DNA of 64,000 nt from the human T2T-CHM13v2.0 reference genome, Homo sapiens: assembly GCF_009914755.1 (NCBI RefSeq), contig NC_060925.1; one strand, written 5' to 3'. Under the pieces are notes generated by a model, which was given only the letters and a program-made list of their open reading frames with translations, searched no databases and was not told the origin of the DNA. Made by a program: the position numbers and the translations under genes. Below, piece by piece: positions 59,040 through 64,000 of this stretch. The number at the start of each line of letters is the position of its first letter. The stretch's first letter is position 1.

Positions 59040-61700
59040 TAATATACATTATTTTCATAAGCACATGAAGCATTCTCCAAATTAGACCATAAGTAAATCT
59101 CACCAAATTTAAGAGAACTGAAATCATATCAAGTATCATTTCAGACCACAATGGAATAAAAATAGAAACCAATAACAAGAGGAACTTTCAAAATTGTAGA
59201 AAAAGAAACAAATTAAACATGTTTCTGAATAACCAATGGGTCAATGAAGAAATTAAGGAGAAAATTTTAAAGTTTCTTGAAACAAATGAAAATAGAAACG
59301 TAACATACCCAAACCTATGGGATACAGCAAAAGCAATATTAAGAGGAAAGATGGCTGGGCGCGGTGGCTCACGCCTGTAATCCCAGCACTTTGGGAGGGT
59401 GAGACAGAAGTATCACTTGAGCCCAGGACTTCAAGACCAACCTGGGCAACATGGCAAGACCCCATCTCTACAAAAAATACAAAAAGTTAGCCAGGATGGA
59501 GGCACATGCCTGTGGTCCCAACTACTTGGAGGCTGAGGTGGGAGGATCTTTTGAGAGGTTAAGGCTGCAGTGAGCCATGTTCATACTACTGCACTCCAGC
59601 CTGGGCGACAGAGCGAGACTCCATCTCAAAAAAAAAAAAAAAAACGCTGTACCAAAAAATTCTTAGAACTGATAAACAAATTCAGGAAAGCTGCAGGACA
59701 TAAAATCAACATATAAAAATCAGTAGCACTGAACCAACAATGAACTAGTAAAAAAGAAATCAAGAAAGTAATCTCATTTACAATAGCTATAAAAAAAAAC
59801 CTACAAATAAATTTATCCAAGGAGGTGAAAGATCTCTACAAGGGAAATTACAGAACATTGATGAAAGAAATGGAAAAGGACACAAAAAAATAGAAATATA
59901 TCTCATGTTCATGGATTGGAAGGCTTAATATTGTTAAAATGACCATACTACCAAAAGTCATCTATAGATTCAATGCAATCCCTATCAAAATACCAATGAC
60001 ATTCTTCACAAAAATAGAAAAAAAAACCCTAAAATTTGTACGGAACCATTAAAGTCTCTGAATAGCCAAAGCAAACCTGAGCAAAAAAGAACAAAGCTGG
60101 AGGCATCACATTACTGGATTTCAAAATATATTACAAAGATAAGGTAAACAAAACACCACAGTACTGGCATAAGAACACACATATATACCAATGGAACCCA
60201 GAATAGAGAACCCACAAATAAATCCATGTATTTACAGCCAACTGATTTTTGAGAAAGGCATCAAGAGCATTCACTGGGGAAGGGACAGTCTCCTCAATAA
60301 ATAGTGCTGGGAAAACTGGATATCCATATGCAGAAAAATAAAACTAGATCCCTACCTCTCATCATGTACAAAAATCAACTAAAAACAGATCAAGACTTAA
60401 ATGAAGGCCTGAAACTATAAAACTACTAGAAAAAAAATGTAGGAGAAATGCTTCAAGACATTGATCTGCACAAAGATTTTATGGAGAAGACTTCAAAAGC
60501 ATAGGCAACAAAAGCAAAATTACACAATTAGACATCACGAGATTATATCAAACTAAAAAGCTTCTGCACAGCAAAGGAAACAATCAACAGAGGGAAAAGA
60601 GTACAGAATGGGAGAAATATATGTAAGCTATTAATCCAATAAGGGATTAATATCCAGAACATGCAGGGAGCTCAAACAACAGCAAAAAACAAAAAACTCC
60701 CCCCCAAAACACAAAACAACAAATAATCTGATTTAAACATAAACAAAATGAGCTGAATAAGTATCTCTCAAAAGAAGACATAGAAATGGCTAACAGGTAT
60801 ATGAAAAATGCTCAACATCACTAATCATCAGGGAAATGCAAATCAAAACCACAATGAAATATCATCTTACCCTAGTTACAGTGGCTACTAGTAAAAAGAC
60901 AAAAATAAATGCTGACAAAAATGTGGAGAAAGGAGAACTCTTATTCACTGTTGGTGGTATTGTAAATTAGTACAGCTATTATGGAAAACAGGATGAAGGT
61001 TCCTCAAAAATCTGAAAAGAATACTACCATATGATCCAGCAATTCCAATACTGGGTATATATCCATAGGAAAGGAAATCAGTATGTCGAAGAGTTATCTG
61101 CACTCCCATGTTCATTGCAGCACTATTCATAATAGTCAAGATATGGGATCAACCAAAGTGTCCATCATTAGATAAATAGATAAAGAAAATATGGTATATA
61201 TAAACAATGGGATACTATTTAGCTATAAAAAGAATGAAATTTTGTAATTTGTGGCAACATGGATTAGCTTGTAGAACATCAGGTTAATGAAATAAGCCAG
61301 GCACAGAAAGAAATACCACATGTTTTTGGTCATATGTGGAAGCTAAAAAAGTTGACCTCATAGTAGACAGAATAGTGGTTACTAAAGGGAAGGAAGGGGA
61401 GGTAGGGGGGCAAATATAAAAGTACAGCTAAATAAAAGAAATAAGTTATAGTGTTCTATAGCACTATAGAGTGACTATAATTAATGAGAACTTATTATGT
61501 ATTTTCAAATAGCAAGAAGAGCATATTTCTGAATGCTCCCAACATAAATAAATGATAAATGTTTGAAGGGATTGATATACTAATTACCAATTTGATCATT
61601 ACATATTGTGTACATGTATTGAAATATCACACTGTACCCAATAAATATGTACAATTATGTTTCAATTAAAAAATAATAACAGACAAAACCAAAAAAGTCT
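59040..61700 (+). mobile_element. L1MA-type element (ORF2 plus 3' UTR) nested in ERV-L
   Basis: A-rich ORF2 remnants ([13 protein letters not shown]; cactgttggtgg cysteine-rich region) and an L1MA 3' UTR ending aataaatatgtacaattatg. Confidence 0.87.
59353..59644 (+). mobile_element. AluJ nested in L1
   Basis: GGCTGGGCGCGGTGGCTCACGCC start, A tail, no TSD. Confidence 0.92.
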
Positions 61701-62481
61701 CCAATTTTTTTTTTTTTTTTTTTAAAGACTGCCACCCAGCTACTCTGGGCTCCTTGTGCCTCTGAGTCAACAGGTAAAGAGGGAGTTGTGGTGTTGTTGG
61801 CTGAGGTGATTCATCTGGACTATCAAGGAGAAACTGAACTACTACTCCACAATGGAAGAATTGAAGAGTATGTCTACAGTACAGGAGATACCTTAGGGTG
61901 TTTCTCAGTATTACTCCACGTTGTGATTAGGGCCAATGGATAACTACAAAAATGCAATCCAGGCAGAACTACAAATGGGCCAAACCTTTGGGTCACCCTG
62001 CTGGGTAAAGAATCATGAGGTTCTTGCAGAAGGCAAACAAGAAAAAAAAATTGAATAGATAAGTTATAAATACCAGCAATAACCATGTGACCAGTTACAG
62101 AAACAAGAACTGTAATTGTTCTAAGTATTTTCTCCTTATTTCATTATGAATGTTTGTGTGTATATACACACATATTAAGCAAATATCTTTGCTTTCTTTC
62201 CTGTCTTATTTTCTTATCATGTAACAAAAGTTGTATTGACTTTATATCAATATTTAAGTATTGTTAATTTTACATCATAATATTTAAGTTACAGGCTATC
62301 AGGAGAAGAGTAAACATCACTGAAGAACTTCACTCCCCTGGGGAAGGGGCTAGTGTGTTTTTTGTTGTATGCAGGATAGCTGTTTATGTTAGGTAGAATA
62401 ATGACCTTGTTACTGTCTTCATTTGGAGATCAAGTATGGCTTAAGGAAATACATACGGATGCCGAGTTGAAAACGAGTACT

Positions 62482-63009
62482 TGTGATGGTTAACTTTATG
62501 TGTCAACTTAACTGGGCTAAGGGACGCCCAAATAGCTGGTAAACATTATTTCTGAGTGTATCTGTGGTGGTATTTATTGAAGAGATTAACATTTGAATCA
62601 GTAGACTGAGTAAAGATTGCCCTCACCAATGTGTGTGGGCATTATCCAATCCACTGAGGGTCCAAATAGCACAAAAAGGTGAAGGAAGAGTGAATTATCT
62701 CGTTTCTTGAGCTAGGACATCCATCTTCTCCTGCCCTTGGACACTGGAGCTCCTAGTTCTTGAGCCTCCAGTACCCTCTGCCTTCCCCACTGGTTTTCAG
62801 GTCTTTGGCATTGAAGGAGGAGTTACACCATCAGCTCCCTGATTCTCAGGTCTTTGGACTTAGACTAAATTATGGCACCAGCTTACAGATAGTATATCAT
62901 GGGATTTCTCAGCCTCTATAATCCTGTGAGCCAATTTCCACAATAAATCTCTCTCTTTACCTACCTACACAGCTCCCATTGTTTCTGTTTTGGGGGAGAA
63001 CCCTAATAC
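62482..63009 (+). mobile_element. MLT2-family LTR (3' LTR of the ERV-L remnant)
   Basis: TGTGATGGTTAACTTTATGTGTCAACTTAACTGGGCTAAGGG...ccacaataaatctct...ggagaaccctaatac. Confidence 0.85.
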
Positions 63010-63579
63010 TAGGTCAGAGTGAGTATTTTAAAACATAAAACAGATAAGGTCATTTCTCTCCTGAAGGACCTCCAATAGCTTCATACTCAATTAAGGGTGC
63101 TTTACAAAGCCATATGGGATTGGACTCATGCCACCTCTCTATCTTATGTGTTATGACTTCTCCCTTTTCTATTACATTGCAGCAACATTGGCCAGTGTCC
63201 CACTCCAAGTGTTTGCCTTCTCTCCTGGTTTTTACATCCCCTGTCTTTCTAGTAGCCTGCTATGCTTGTTTTCCTCTGAATCATCAGTAAAGATTAAAAA
63301 CTAGATTAGGCTTTAAAATTACTGACAAATATATTAGGGGATCATGATTAATTTTATGTTTAAAAATTTTCATAATTAGAAAACATATATTCTTAAAAAT
63401 TAAATATACAATATATATTCCATTTATATACTAGTTTTTAGTATTCTATTGCTTAAGTAAAGGTGAGCTACCAGTATACACAAAATTGGTTCAAGGAAGC
63501 CACAACAAATAGAAACCAGGCTGAAAGATCAACAGTAAAACAATATTCAAAAGCAACCAATGCAATTTAGAAAAATTAG

Positions 63580-63660
63580 TCTAGCCTGGGCAACAGAGCA
63601 AGACTTGTCTCAAAAAAAAAACCAAAAAAAACAAAAAAAAAACAAAAAAAAAAAAGGAAA
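63580..63660 (+). mobile_element. Alu 3'-terminal fragment with long A-rich tail
   Basis: tctagcctgggcaacagagcaagacttgtctc followed by A/C-patterned poly-A. Confidence 0.8.
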
Positions 63661-63706
63661 GAAAGAGGAGAAAAGAGGAAGTATTCCAGTAAAGAAAACA
63701 AAATCC

Positions 63707-64000
63707 GGGGGGTGGCACCAAGATGGCCGAATAGGAACAGCTCCAGTCTACAGCTCCCAGCATGAGCGACACAGAAGACCGGTGATTTCTGCATTTCCAA
63801 CTGAGGTACCGGGTTCATCTCACAGGGGAGTGTCGGACAGTGGGTGCAAGACAGTGGGTGCAGCGCACTGAGCATGAGCCGAAGCAGGGCGAGGCATCGC
63901 CTCACCTGGGAAGTGCAAGGGGTCAGGGAATTCCCTTTCCTAGTCAAAGAAAGGGGTGACAGACGGCACCTGGAAAATCGGGTCACTCCCATCCTAATAC
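63707..64000 (+). mobile_element. 5' UTR start of an L1PA (PA3-5-like), continuing beyond the window; antisense to SCMH1
   Basis: GGGGGGTGGCACCAAGATGGCCGAATAGGAACAGCTCCAGTCTACAGCTCCCAGC, with an intact YY1 site CAAGATGGCCG at 63719-63729. Confidence 0.94.

Larger units (their letters stand above)
58500..62481 (+). mobile_element. ERV-L internal remnant: integrase (about 58500-59035) and dUTPase/3' region (about 61725-62481), interrupted by an L1
   Basis: Decayed translation LPLTKANLAMATAECPICQ*QR...GDQPATQWLVDY (ERV-L integrase zinc finger and core start) and RLPP...LGLLVPLSQQ...VIHLDYQGE (dUTPase motifs). Confidence 0.8.

Overview
This is primate, most likely human, genomic DNA lying entirely inside the 5' half of SCMH1 (Polycomb group, Sex comb on midleg homolog 1), transcribed on the minus strand. 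Seven exons with GT-AG boundaries can be read directly: 48806-48874 (69 nt), a 24-nt microexon at 48317-48340, 40044-40186 (143 nt, acceptor inferred, carries an alternative ATG), 39059-39129, 30322-30556, 4368-4456 and 723-966. Together they encode two alternative N-termini and both MBT repeats. The rest is intron dense with repeats: Alu J/S/Y, old L1M and younger L1PA, L2, MIR, DNA transposons (MER3, MER5, MER58, Tigger3) and LTR elements (LTR13, THE1, MLT1, MER52, an ERV-L remnant with MLT2). Almost all other ORFs in the track are repeat-derived noise. I see no prokaryotic-type system and no new protein-coding gene. The most interesting observations: (1) the 143-nt exon is dual-frame, stopping the upstream N-terminal isoform while supplying its own start, with an overlapping uORF and a TGCATG motif; (2) a hidden ancient duplication of a chimeric L1 segment flanks the MBT1 exon, and each copy was later hit by a different transposon at nearly the same spot; (3) a twin-primed, 5'-inverted L1PA; (4) a palindrome-cored mini-array built from an L2 remnant; (5) an LTR13-borne CTCF motif convergent with a second CTCF motif; (6) an antisense L1PA whose antisense promoter and extended ORF0 frame point into SCMH1. 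Repeat family names come from recalled consensus sequences, not a database search, and old-repeat boundaries are approximate.
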